Shown here piece after piece: positions 12,421 through 25,238 of a DNA stretch of 64,000 bases; position 1 is the first letter of the stretch, and the number at the start of each line of letters is the position of its first letter. This DNA comes from Lama glama (taxonomy: Eukaryota). A program made the position numbers and the translations under genes. The DNA lies in contig CM052816.1 in NCBI GenBank assembly GCA_028534125.1, positions 75,270,001-75,334,000 on the forward strand, read 5' to 3'. A model generated the notes under the pieces. That model saw only the letters and a program-made list of their open reading frames with translations. It made no database searches and had not been told where the DNA came from.

Positions 12421-12998
12421 CCACTATTTCTACCTTACCTATCCTCCATCTGTAGCATGTTTTTGGTCATTTCCTTTCATTTTTATAACAATTTACTTAT
12501 TGTTTAATTGCCTAGAAGGATTTAGCCTTCTCTTCTAGCAGGCGGGATATGAACTGAATATTGAATACAGCAGGAACAAAGTCCATTTTAATTTAAGACC
12601 TGAATATTACTTCCAAGGCTATTAGATTAAGAACAATATTTTGGTGTATCAGTAGGTAGAACTTATTTTTCTCTTGTGTCAATGTAATTATTGAGACTGA
12701 CCTCCTGTGATGGAAGATACGCAGACTTCCGGCTGCCATCATTTCATTACCCATACACAGATTGGGATCACCTGAGCCTTTCCTGAAGTCAGGATGCCAG
12801 AATGACCCTACAGGCCTGACTTCAAGCAAAGTTCTTGAAGGAGAAAAAAACTCTGAATTCATAATTTTTTGAAGAATGTTTTTCTCCCTAAAGCCAGCTT
12901 GCTCTCTAGACATTTCATTATGTTAATGGACGATTCATCTAAGAACCATTTCAACAATTTAACGGGGTCTACTGTAGATTTGGTAACAATAAATATCA

Positions 12999-13190
12999 AA
13001 GAGTAGAATGATGTTTGCCAGGAGCTGGTGGAGAGGAGGAGGGACTAGAGACTTATTTCATACAAAGATGAAATATTCTGGAGATCTCTTGCACAACAAT
13101 GTGAATATGCTTAGCACTATTGAAGTGTACACTTAAAAGTGGTTAAGATGGTAAGTTTTATGTTATATACTTTTTTTAACCACAATTGGA
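12999..13190 (+). mobile_element. L1MB-type 3' end fragment
   Basis: agagtagaatgatgtttgccagg...acaacaatgtgaatatgcttagcactattgaagtgtacacttaaaagtggttaagatggtaagttttatgttat. Confidence 0.85.
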
Positions 13191-14599
13191 GAAAAAATTT
13201 GCCCAGTCAGATCAAGTTTTATGGTTTTTGAGACGAACACCTAGAGGCTTGCTCTGTAGTTTTCTGCAGTGCTTGTAATTATTTGAAGCTCTAACACCAA
13301 GAAAAGGCATCTTTTTAAATTTTGCTCCTGGCTATGAGGCTGATAATCTTGTTTCTCCCTCTTCTTGTTTCATTCATGATTTCCCTGATTGAAGATGGCC
13401 AAATCACATTACCTTCTGAGGTCTCTCTTTCTTTAGTGTGATATCAGGCTGATACACTTTGTCCTCTTAAGTACCCTGCTAGTAAGAGTTAATGAAATAA
13501 TATATATGGGAGCATTCAAATTCCTTATACTGGAAACATCTTCCTGAGTTTGTAAATGTTTAGGATTCACATTGCCCAGAATTACCTCCCAAGGACAATT
13601 TCTCTTCTTGGATGGAGTTTGTGGCACCATGCTATAACTTGGGCAAGATCAGGATTCATTCATTCATAAATTACGAATCAAACACTGAATATGTTCCAGG
13701 CTGTTCCAGGGGCTGATAAAGGAGGTAAACAAGCTAGATTAGGCAATTCCATTCTAGCAGTAAGCAGGAGAATGTAAACGACTAGAGAGAAAAAGACCCT
13801 TTGGAAGAAATCACGTAAATCAGAGGAAATGCGCTGATTTCTGTTGAACTATTTGAGCTCCAGGCCATAATAAATTCTCTTGGAGGCCTTTACTTTCTAT
13901 TTTCATGTTAAAATTTGGAAAATGGGCACAATGGTTGGGACCCATCTTATGCTCCCAGAGGCACTCTTAGGTTATTGCTCACATGATGTGGACCCTGAAT
14001 AGCTAATTAAATAGTGAAAATTTTAGGTTTTATCTTAGATAGTTTCAATATCCAGACGAAGGCCTGATCTTTTCATCTTTCACAGGGATGTTTTTGTGGG
14101 CTTACTCCCTGCTCTTCCTGCCAGAAGGTGGGAGAAGGGAGGTAGGCTGTGGCTGAAGTACTCATCCTGGAAGCCCTTCTCGCGTCCTTTAAGCTTATCC
14201 CACACACGGTCTCAATTTCTTTTATAGCCTCCGTCCAGGCTTCATGACGGTTGCTTGCAATCATATTATAATCTTTATTTATCGGCAACCTCAATTTCAG
14301 GCGCTGACCAGGGTACTCACAGAAGTATGTCTTCTTTTGCCTGGCCCTTTTAGAAGCTGTGGATCCAGTTGGAGAGTGCTTACTGAGTTTTAGGGTCACC
14401 CTGCATCCTAGGAGTCTGAAGAAAGTTGTTTCAAAGGTAAAACATTGTTGGTTTTCCTTCTTACGTGAGATTCCAAAAGTCTAATCTGACTAATATTCCG
14501 TAGGGTGGAAAGCTCCCCTGCAGGCAGAAGTGCAGTTCTGGGAGACCCAGTTGTAAGTACTAGAGCCATATGTTCACAGGAAGGCAGCACGGCAGTAAC

Positions 14600-14800
14600 T
14601 GCCAGTTACCAAGGGCCTGCCTTCTGACAACCACACATATTAGCTCTAATACTTACAACAACCCTGTCCAGTCATGCTATCCCCATTTCACAGATGTGCA
14701 AACAGAGAGATTAAATGCTTGCACTCAAAGAGGTCTTAGGTGATAAAGACCAAGAGCTATCAAGTTTCAAAGCTCAAGATTTTTTTTAATTAGGTACTAT
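14600..14800 (-). mobile_element. MIR fragment
   Basis: acaacaaccctg...tatccccatttcacagatgtgcaaacagagagattaaatgcttgc (reverse MIR core). Confidence 0.7.
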
Positions 14801-16037
14801 ATCCTGAATAAAACACCTAGGTCTTGAGGAGTAGTCTTCATCAATTTCCCAAGATTCTCTTCACTGAGTTATAAATGACCTTTTTTTCTGTGTTGTTCTG
14901 ATTTAAATATAAAGTGCATACTTATTTAAGCCCTTTTAGAAACATCAGTATTTATGCATTTTAATGCTTTAAACTTTCTTTTCCACGATGCTATAATTTT
15001 TAAAATGGACCCAGGTATTTTCTTAAATTATTAAGCAAGTAAAACACCAAACATAAGAATTAAATTCAGCAAGAGTGAGATCAAAAGTTTGCTTTATGCC
15101 TTAAACCCCAAATTGTGTTTTTCCTTTGCACTCTACCCCTGCAAAATGTCATCATATCATTTTCTATGATGAGAAAAAAGCAAATGTTATAAAAGAGAAA
15201 AATGTTCAGTGCTGCTCCATCAGCCTCACAAGGGCCTAAGTGGAACTTTAAATTCCAGTGTTATATTCCAAGGACACTACTGAGGGCCTCCCAATGGGTG
15301 GCACATCGGTCCTTGACTCTGGGAGACAGCATTTTGATTTTGATTGCCTTTTTATCGAGAGTTTGGAGCCATTCTCAGAATATTGTTTTCAGGGGATTTT
15401 TCTTTGCTAATGTTTGGGCAAAATCACTTTTATTCCTCCTGAAAGGCCTCTTTCCCACCGGAATTCAGACTAGAATATGACAAAGCTTTGGCTCCTGTCT
15501 CTCCAAAATGATTTGATTTGATTGTGACGTTTGCTGACAATCATAAATGCACTTTCTCAAACTTTAAGACAATATTTTAATAGGAAATTAAATGAAACAA
15601 ATACATTTTACTGGATTTTTCTTCCTTTAAAAAGTAGCATACAGAAAAAAATTTAATAATTGCTTTCTATAATTCTAGGGAGTGTATTAAATACTTTGGC
15701 AAATATTGGCTAACATTTATATGTAATGAACTCATGGGATCACTTTTTTATGTTATAGAATTTGCTCCTTTAAAGATGACACCATGATTCATTTCAAGTA
15801 TTTTGAATAAAATTTTTTTAAAGGATCACATTTTCTCTCTCTCTCTCTGTTAGCAGAGTACTAAGGACTAATATAATGTAATTATTTTATGACCTAGGAC
15901 TATAACTGTTATGAGCGTCAATTATTAAACTGTATATGATACAGAGATGTTTGGAAGAAGCTATTGGTATGTGCATAACTGATTGTTCATATACTCGCTG
16001 GACCAGACATCTGTGTTTCTAAGTTCTTGTGTTTGAT

Positions 16038-17153
16038 TTTTTTTTATGGTGGTAAAATATACACAACATAAAACTTCCATTTTAATCATTTTAAGTGTAT
16101 AGTCTGTAGCATTAAGAACATTCACATGTTGTGCAAACCATCACCACCATTCATCTCTAGAACTTTTTCATCTTCCTCAGCTGAAACCCATTAAACACTA
16201 ACTCTCCATTCCTCCCTCCCCCTATTCCCTTGCAACCATTGCTCATCTTACTGTCTCTATGAATTTAACTGCTCTAGACACCTCATATAAGTGGATTTGT
16301 GTAATATTTGTCCTCTTGTGAAGGGCTTATTTCACTCAGCATAATTTTTTAATTGAAATATAGTTGATTTACAATGTTGTATTAGTTTCTAGTGTACAGT
16401 ATAGAGATTCAGTTATACATATACATATGTATATATGTATATATACATATATTCTTTTTCATATTCTTTTTCATCACAGGTTACTACAAGCCATTGACTA
16501 TAGTTCCCTGTGGTATATAGTAGGACTTTGTTATTTATCTATTCTTTATATAGTAGTTTGTATCAGCCAATCCCAAACTCCCAGTTCATCCCTCTCTCCC
16601 TCTTTCCCCCATCCCTGTAACCATAAGTTTGTTTCCTATGTTTGTGAGTCTCTTTCTGTTTTGTAAATAAATTCATTTGTGTCATTTTTTAAAAAGATTC
16701 CACATATAAGTGATACCATATGATATTTGTCTTTCTCTGCCTGACTGACTTCATGTAGTATGATCATCGCTAGGTCCAGCCATGTTGCTGTCAGTGACAT
16801 TATTTCATTTCTTTTTTTATGGCTGAGTAACATTCCACTTTATATATAATCACATTTTTTGTTGGTCCATACATTTTAAGGTTCATCCATGCCATAGTAT
16901 GTGTCAGGATTTCTTTCATTTTTTAAGGCTGACTAATATTACATTGTGTGTATATACCACATTTTGTTTTTCCATTCATCCACTGATGGATACGTGTGTT
17001 GCTTCCACCTTTTGGCTGTTGTGAATAATGTTGCTATGAATATTGTTGCAGAGATATCTGTTCATGTTCCTGCTTTTACTTCTTTTGCGTATATTCATAG
17101 AAGTGGAATTGCTAGATCATATGGTTAGTTCTATGTTTAATTTTTTGAGGAAA
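16038..17153 (-). mobile_element. L1MB-type 3' end (host), split by a nested younger L1
   Basis: tggtaaaatatacacaacataaaa...ccatcaccaccattcatctctagaactttttcatc...ggcttatttcactcagcataa, then after the insert aaggttcatccatg...ttttttgaggaaac. Confidence 0.9.
16345..16867 (-). mobile_element. Cetartiodactyl-type L1 3' end nested in the L1MB
   Basis: ttttaattgaaatatagttgatttacaatgttgtattagtttctagtgtacag...; ORF2 C-terminal remnant KRNEIMSLTATWLDLAMIILHEVSQAEKDKYHMVSLICGI. Confidence 0.9.
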
Positions 17154-18409
17154 CTTTTTGTTATAATTTTGATCTCTCTTGCTGCTTTTTCGTTGTACTG
17201 TTGGTGTGCCTGTTTTCAGGAAACTTTCCCTACCAAGTTACACCTCTTTCTACTTTGCTGTTTATTTTCTCTTAGCTGAAGAGGGATTTAGTTAAATTGA
17301 TTATAATTGTGTTTAGAATAGAAGTAAATAGACTCTGAGGGATATTTAATTAAGCAAAGTTTATCAGTTTTAGTACATAAATTTTATCATATCTATTTAT
17401 CACTGAGAGGTCCTTTTATTTTACATAGTTTCAGTGTGTATAATTTAAAGTGTTATTGATGATGCTTTAGATAATTACAGGAGTGGTGACTTTTAGATAA
17501 GTAAAATATTGTAGTTATTTGAATTAAGATTTGTTACTCTAGATACTAACTGTGTGTGATTATATGTTATGGTAATGGACGAAACATTGGATGGTATCCA
17601 TAGAGTAAATATTTTTGGAAATTCATTCATTATTAGTTATAAATGCTTATTATCTATCTGTCAGTCCCTAAGCACAAGTCTAGATTAGCATGTGGAAATA
17701 CGCGGTGAGTCTAGATGTCAAGTATAAAATGCAAATATAAGCCTTTTGTGCACCTGCCAACAACCAAACCAAAACATCCTTTCCTGGTGGTACAGAAGGC
17801 CTTAATAGCCAACGATTTCACTCAAAAGAAATGAACGCCAATAAATGACATGGCCACATATAAAGAGAATATAATAACTGTCATGATTACTAAATACTAT
17901 CTTTAGCCATGATATATGCAAGTTATCCTACGGTAATTTCTCACTGGTAGGGTCTTGATCCTCAGGCTTTTGAGGGATTACTGTTACTAATTACTGGAGC
18001 ATTTCAGCAAATTACCTTCCCTGAATCCTTGCCTCTTCTAGGCAAGCCGAACCACCCAGCCAACACTAAGCTGTGCATCTTCCAACTCTGATCAATTTAT
18101 CTGGACTCCTGACTCTTTTTCTTCACTCCGACTTGTGCTCCAGGTCCATGTTTCCATCCAAAGTCTACTTGGATTCTGACCCCTTTGGCTTTATCTCCTG
18201 TTTCCACTTGCTTCTCATCCGTGATGACAGAGAGAAAAACAGACCTCTGCAAACTAAAACGGGAAGAATTATCTTCATTAGAAACTTTATAGAAACCAAA
18301 ACCAAAACGGAAAAGACTTTCTTCTCTTGAAACGGAGAAGCTACTTTTTGCGGATTACTCAGAGGAAATCACTATATCCTCCTTTCCACTCTCCCTTGCT
18401 CCCTCCCTT

Positions 18410-18826
18410 TACTCATCCAATGACCATTTACCTTATAGAACTTATTAGACACTGCTAGGTTCTGTGCTCACAAAAAATTAAGATAACCTCTATCCTTAAG
18501 TATTTCATAGTTTCCTAGAGAAATAACAAATATTAAAAATAATCATAATACAACATGAACAAAACCAAAGTAGAGATATGCCTAGCTTCTCTGGAATTTA
18601 TAAGCAGTAGTAGGAGTAGACAGGGAAGATTTACCGTAAGAGGTAATGCTGAGACTGAGTCTCAAAAAATTAGTTTCTTGGCAGAAAAGGAGGTTCAGGG
18701 CAATTCCAGGCAGAAGGGTCAAAATGTGCATAAAGCATCAAGTTGTCAAGTAATATGGCACATTCAAGGAATCCTTAGTTGTTTGGCACAAGGCAATGTA
18801 TTTGGAGATGAGACAGATCAGTGATT
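18410..18826 (-). mobile_element. LINE-2 3' fragment
   Basis: agacactgctaggttctgtg...gaggtaatgctgagactgagtct...attccaggcagaagg...atggcacattcaaggaa (reverse L2 3' region). Confidence 0.65.
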
Positions 18827-18841
18827 AAGAGCTCAAAGAGA

Positions 18842-18924
18842 TATACTTATGTATAACTGAATCACTAAGCTGTACACCAGAAACTAACACACATTGTAAA
18901 TCAACTATACTTCAATTAAAAAAA
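18842..18924 (+). mobile_element. Extremely 5'-truncated (83 bp) cetartiodactyl L1 3' terminus with poly(A) and TSD
   Basis: tatgtataactgaatcact..gctgtacaccagaaactaacac..attgtaaatcaactatacttcaattaaaa; TSD aagagctcaaagaga (18827-18841) vs aagagttcgaagaga (18925-18939). Confidence 0.88.
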
Positions 18925-20016
18925 AAGAGTTCGAAGAGAATGAGACTGAGCTTCGAGTGGAGCTGAAACAAAAAGATTCCTTGCACCTGTGCTTAGTGAA
19001 CAATTACAAGGTAATGTGCACAATATCGCATGGTGAGAAGAACTGCCAAACAAGGCTTCATAGTAGAGCAGCAGTAAATCTGAGGAATCCCGTACCACTG
19101 CATTCCTTGATCTTTGGAACGAGGACCTCTTAAGTTTCCCTGTAGAGGGTATGCAGCTTCAGACACTTCATCCAGAACTGCCTCTGAGCCTCTGAGCAAT
19201 GACTGAGTTACTTAACATTAATTTGGCTACCTTTTCCTGTGCACTAATTTCTCAGTGTAAAAGAGGCTTTGAACTAGCACTTCAATCCAATTGGTAATCT
19301 CACTCTAACTTTTTAAATGAAGTACAAATGAGCTTCTTAATACAGAATCCCAGAATTAGACTGTCTTACTGTCAGGGACTCTAATTGCCATCACCTGGCA
19401 GAAGGGGCACATAACACCTTCTCTGATAAGGAGGGGTGTCCACCAGGAGACGAGGAATGCTGATTCTGATAGTCATTCCTGCACCTTTAATCAATGGGAA
19501 GGACTGCAGAAGTAGGTGGAGAGAGGCCAGGACCATCGGAAGTGAGAGAGGAAATTTTCCTCCCTCACACAGTCTCTGTTCAAGCTTCTACAGTACTTGA
19601 GCTTTGATTTTCCTTGTAATCCTCCAAAGGGCTTAAGTTATGCCTTAAATCATAGTTCCCATGATCAATTCTGCTATCCACTTGGACCAGGATACTGCCT
19701 CTATCTTAGCTTTCTTTTCTTGTTCTCTATTTAAACTTCCCCTGTTGCCTTCTGGTTTGCCTCAGCTTCATAACCCGCCAACAAAGACTGACAGCCAAGT
19801 ATGGTTTATGATGGGTGATTTCACTCAGTCTTTCTAAGCTCTTATTCCTTTAGGGGGCAGATCACGGTATGCATGATTCATCATGGTACAAAAACTGACT
19901 TCCTCGGGCTAGTTGTTATTTAACTTTTCTGATGCTCAGAGTTCTTGTCTTTTTGAAATTTGAGGATTGGACTAGATGATCCCTGGGATCCTGGAGAGTG
20001 TTTTAGCCCATGACCC

Positions 20017-20435
20017 TGGAGTAGCTTGAAATATTGGTCCGAATTCTTCACCTCCCCCCACCTCTGCCCCGCATCTGCTTGGCATAGCCTCATTATGAGA
20101 ACAGGATACTTCCCTACCCCTTGATTTCAGAATCAACTATGTGGTTTACTGGGACTAGGACAGAAAGTACGCTGTGCCCCTTCTGAGACTTAAAGAGGCC
20201 TCCTTCTTGTATTTCTGCCATTGTTGTGATAGTGCTTTCCCTGAATAGCTTGCCAGTCCTAAGAGGAAGCCAAGAGATACGTGGAGTAGACCATGCAAGC
20301 CATTGCTATCTGAAGTTGAGCCTTCTCAGCCACTTGAAATTTGTGAACAAGAAATAAATGCTTATTGTTGTGTGCCACTGAGATTTTGAAGTTGTTTGTT
20401 ATGCAGTATTATTATGGGAATACCTAACTGATTCA
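20017..20435 (+). mobile_element. MLT1 (ERVL-MaLR) solo LTR, old subfamily (MLT1I/J-like)
   Basis: Characteristic 3' end agaaataaatgcttattgttgtgtgccactgagattttgaagttgtttgttatgcag...ctaactgattca. Confidence 0.85.
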
Positions 20436-21409
20436 GCCTCCATGGCTGAAATGTTTTGCACATAGTAGACTTGATAAATATTGATTGAATGATGCTATTA
20501 TTGAGAATTACTTTATTGTACCTGTTTTGCATGAAGCATAAGGGTCAAAATAAAATGTCTTGTGAATCACAGGTACTATCCATCCAAAGTGTAATGACCA
20601 GGGATTCTCAAATTTTTTCTGTAAGGGAAAATGGAGTGGTAGTTACCCAGGGCTATACTTTGCCAGACATTTCTTAAAGGACTTTACCCCTGCAACCACA
20701 CCCAACCCAACTCCTAGCCAGTACCTGTCTGTCACCAATCTTTAGAGACCCCACTCTTTGCAGACTCCTTTCAGAAGGTTCTCAAGTGATTTTGTAATTT
20801 TTCCAGCTGATTGTACTGAACCATTCCGACCTAGATCATTTGGGGAAGAAAAGAGAGGCTGCTAAAGAGATGAAGGCTTTTAATGAGACTCTTTTCACTG
20901 GAGTCTTTACAAATTAGGTCAGTTACAATCTGATAAAAGCAAGGGATAGTCTGTAGTGGATAATTAGGAAATTGCACTGAGATATAGGACAGCCTCTTCA
21001 AAATGACTTCTAATACCTACATGAGTTTTTCTGGAGCAAGCAGCAATGCTGAGAAATCCAGAGTTCAGAAGTTGCTATGGTACGAGGAGGCTGGGTCTTA
21101 GGGATCACAGAAGAGACATCTTGATCCTGAGTACCATTTCAGACCAAGGGTCTGAGAAAAGATGTACCTGATTCTTTGACATGCCCTGCAAAAGGAACCA
21201 GGTAATATCACAGGTGAATTAACAAGGATGCTGAAACCCAGAGAAGATAAGAAATTAGCCCAAATTCTCTCTATCACCCTGTGGCATCCTGGTTACTTTC
21301 TATAATCCCGTGCTAATAAAGTGTGTTGTTGTTTTTATTGATAAGCTATAACAAGCTCTGCCCTGTACTAAGAGATAAAAGGATTATTGGATATTATAGA
21401 AACTACAAC

Positions 21410-21620
21410 CACTACTAGTAGCAAGTGTCATTTCTTGAGTTCCTGCCTTGAACTAAATGATTTTTAAATCCATATTATTGCATTTAATTTTAATATTTTA
21501 CTGTAAGGATAATAATATTATTCCCATTTTTCAAATGAGGAAACTGAACTTCAGAGAAAAGAAGTGATTTTTCCTCCAAGATCACAGAGCCAGAAATATA
21601 AAACATGGGGTCGGGCTTTT
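21410..21620 (-). mobile_element. MIR
   Basis: attattcccattttt caaatgaggaaactgaacttcagagaa..gaagtgatttt.c.ccaagatcacagagcca. Confidence 0.8.
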
Positions 21621-21740
21621 AGAAGATTGAGGGTTTTCTCAGGATAAAAAGGATAGAAAAATGATGTGGGGGATGAGAACAATACAGGAGGCACAAGGTT
21701 GGCTAGGTGAGGAAGGCCTTGAACATGAAAAGTCTGGAGG

Positions 21741-22029
21741 AAGGGTCTCAAACTTTTCCTGTAAAGGGCTTTGAGGGTCATATGATCTCTGATGCAACAA
21801 CTCAACTCTGCCTTGTAACATGAAAGAAGCCACAAAAATATGTAACCTCGTGATCATGGATGTGTTGCAATAAAACATCATATATGGACACCCAAACTTG
21901 AATTTCTCAAAATTTTAATATTACAAAATATTATTTTTCCATTTTAAAACTGTTTAAAGATACATAGCCATGTGCAGAAACAGGTGGCAGGCTAAATTTG
22001 TCCCATGGTTTGTAGTTTGCCAACTTCAG
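21741..22029 (-). mobile_element. MER58(B)-like hAT-Charlie DNA transposon
   Basis: caaacttttcctgtaaagggc...caactcaactctgcc...ggatgtgttgcaataaaac...aaacaggtggcaggctaaatttgtccc.tgg..tgtagtttgccaac. Confidence 0.85.
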
Positions 22030-22330
22030 GTCTAGTGTCTAGCAGTATATTTGTATGCATATGCATATGTTTAATTAATGAATTAATTAAATTTTTGTAG
22101 CAGGAAACATAAACATTGTCGTTGAATACAGTATTAAACGGAACTCTGGAAACTACGCTTTGTAACTACCTCAGAATTAGTGGAAGACTGGAGTATTACG
22201 CACTGTTATGTCCCCCAGAATTATTTTTGATCTTTACTTTTAAAAGTCTTGATAAGAACTTTGAGACTTCCTTAAATTTTCTGTACTTTAGCTCTCTCCT
22301 CTGTGTAATTTGGATAATAAGAATCCTTAC

Positions 22331-22860
22331 CCTCTCGGTCAGGTTCCCTCAGACTAACCCCAGGCTCAGTGATTCACAAGGTTGAGTGACCAGACTGAGG
22401 ATATGGTCATATTCACAGCTCTGATTTGCTATTGGAAAGGATACAAACCAAAATTACAAAAGGAAAGACACATGGAACAAAGTCTAGGAAAACCAGGCAC
22501 AAGCTTCTGGACATTCTTAATTCTCTCAGCAATGAGTTATGACAACACATGTGAGATGTTGCCAACCAGCGAAGTCTATTAGAGACTCAACACCTAGGGT
22601 TTTAGTTAGAGGCTGATCATGTAGGTGTCCTCTGCCCGGCATATGTCAAACTCTAGGCACCCAGAAGGAAAGCAGGTGTTCACTGTAAACCATATTGTTC
22701 ATACAAACAATTAAGGCACAGGGAGCTACTCTTATCAATTCTGGAAATGGTGGAACCCTCCTGAAATCTCAGTTCCTAGATGCCAGTCAAGGGTGAAACT
22801 TGTAGGTAGGCCTTTCAAAGAATAACAGTCAAGTCGGTTTTGCTAACTCTTTTCTGCACA
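22331..22860 (-). mobile_element. MER21-like ERVL solo LTR
   Basis: cccagaaggaaagcaggtgttca...ccatattgtt...gttcctagatgccagtcaaggg...gctaactcttttctgcaca terminus typical of MER21. Confidence 0.8.
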
Positions 22861-23840
22861 TTCTCCCAAAGTGGGGAGGGTTCAACAAGATACTATATTG
22901 TGAGTAAGTAATGCTTAGCAGAGAATGTCCACAAAATGGCATATTTCACTCTCAGCATATTAAAACCAGGAGGCAAGGAGGCATAAAGAGAAAGTTTCAC
23001 AGAGTCCCAGATATGGCACAGTCTTTTGTGAAATCATTACACACCCGTATAACCTCATGGGGAAATGTCATTAATTCCACCTGTCAAGTTGTAGCAGTTA
23101 AGACGATGATCTCCCCAGAAAGCTCTTGCGTGTTATGCCTTATTGACCAAACATATCCTTAGAGAGGCCCACACACACGAGACAACGTCATCCTGATGTA
23201 CGGAATTCCCATGATAGTGGAGGATCCTCATGCTCATGGACTCCTAAAATTTTTTCAGATTTGTTTGAAACTAACAAAGAAGAAGGGACCTTTTGCGATA
23301 AGATTCCACTGAAGGGGACATCCAAATCATTGTACAAGAGTGACTGACTGTTACTTCTGTGGACTGCTTCACTGTGTGCCTTTTTCTTTACTAAGGAAGG
23401 CTGCATACAGAACATTCCACTAGTGGTTCAGTCGTCGTGGTTGCTCACAACTGGCCCCAAGAAAGGATGATAAGTGTGCTAGCACACAGTTCACTGTGCC
23501 TTGTATGAGGGAGTAAGTCATTTCTCCGTTTTGTGCTGTAGAAATCCCAGTGATTCTAAATTGAGTCATTAAGGGCCCAAGATGTCAAAGTTCCTCTTTT
23601 ATTTTGTTGAGATATTGTTAATTCTCAATTACCCGCCGATGCATTTTCCACTTGATAGCTACTTTAGATGCTAATTTTTAATGCCAGACAGAGTTTCTCC
23701 TGCCATCCAGAATATTTTCCTTTATGTACAGATTCTTTTAGACAATAAAAAATGCTTTAGGAAGTAAACATTTAAAAATAAATCTATGTAAAATACCATA
23801 CAAATCATTAAGGAGATAGACAGAGGCTTATTGTTTTACT

Positions 23841-23857
23841 TATATATATATATATAT
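23841..23857. repeat. (TA)n microsatellite
   Basis: tatatatatatatatat. Confidence 0.9.
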
Positions 23858-24222
23858 TTGGATTAGCTACAATCTTGATGCTGATCCTTGAGTCAACCAT
23901 GAGTTTTTCCCTAAAAACATGTGTTCTTAAAGAGAAACAAAAAATACCATTCTGCCCTTCACAATTATTAAACCAATTATCCTTTAATAATAGAGTTATA
24001 ATTTAAGATTATATTAGCATCTACAATGAGCAATTTTTCCTTCTTTGGTCAGCTAATGAGTCTCCCGAGTACTGAGAAATTGGTACCAAGCTAAAGATCA
24101 TCAACTCTCTAATAACCCAGTGCTTTTCTGACAAAACTGTAACCTCCAAACCATTGCTGCTTCTTAGAAAACAGAGCCTTAAGCCACTGCAATGTTGCCT
24201 CTCAAACAGAAAGTGACATGGC

Positions 24223-25238
24223 ACAACTTCTTTATCCAGTCATCTGTCGATGGACATTTAGGTTGTTTCCATGTCTTGGCTATTGTAAATAGTGCTGCTA
24301 TGAACATTGGGGCGCAGGTGTCTTTTTGAATTAGGGTTCCTTCTGGATATATGCCCAGGAGTGGGATTGCTGGGTCATATGCTAAGTCTATTTTTAGACT
24401 TCTGAGGAATCTCCATACTGTTTTCCATAATGGCTGCACCAAACTGCATTCCCACCAACAGTATAGGAGGGTTCCCTTTTCTCCACACCCTCTCTAGCAT
24501 TTATCATTTGTGGACTTTTGAATGACGGCCATTCTGACTTGTGTGAAGTGATACCTCATTGTAGTTTTCATTTGCATTTCTTTGATAATTAGTGATACTG
24601 AGCATTTTTTCGTGTGCCTATTGGTCATCCATATGTCTTCATTGGAGAATTACTTGTTTTGGTCTTTGGCCCATTTTTGGATTGTTTGGTTTTTTTCTTA
24701 TTAAGTCACATGAGCTGTTTATATATTCTGGAGATCAAGCCTTTGTCAGTTTCATCTTTTGCAAATATTTTCTCCCATTCTGTAGGTTGTTGTTTTGTTT
24801 TGCTTATGGTCTCCTTTGCTGTGCAAAAGCTTGTAAGTTTCATTAGGTCCCATTTATTTTTGCTTTTATTTCTATTTCTTGGGTAGACTGTCCTAGGAGA
24901 ACATTGCTGAGATGTATGTGAGATAATGTTTTGCCTATGTTTTCTTCTAAGAGGTTTATTCTGTCTTGTCTTATGTTTAAGTCTTTGATCCATTTTGAGT
25001 TTATTTTTGTGTATGATATGTGGGAGTATTCTAACTTCATTGATTTACATATTGTTGTCCAGTTTTCCCAACACCATTTGCTGAAGAGACTATCCCTATT
25101 CCACTGTATGTTCTTGCCTCCTTTGTCAAAGATTAATTGACCAAAATTTTGTGGGTTCATTTCTGGGCTCTCTATTCTGTTCCATTGATCCATATGTCTG
25201 TTTTTGTACCAATATCATGCTATTTTGATTATGTAGCT
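24223..25238 (-). mobile_element. Inverted 5' arm (ORF2 C-terminal region) of a young twin-primed L1
   Basis: Well-preserved ORF2 peptides MDQWNRIESPEMNPQNFGQLIFDKGGKNIQW..., [33 protein letters not shown]...; begins immediately after the left TSD copy. Confidence 0.95.

Noticed and set aside
24179..25193. ORFs with clear protein similarity
   Set aside because: Frameshifted L1 ORF2 remnants, not host genes
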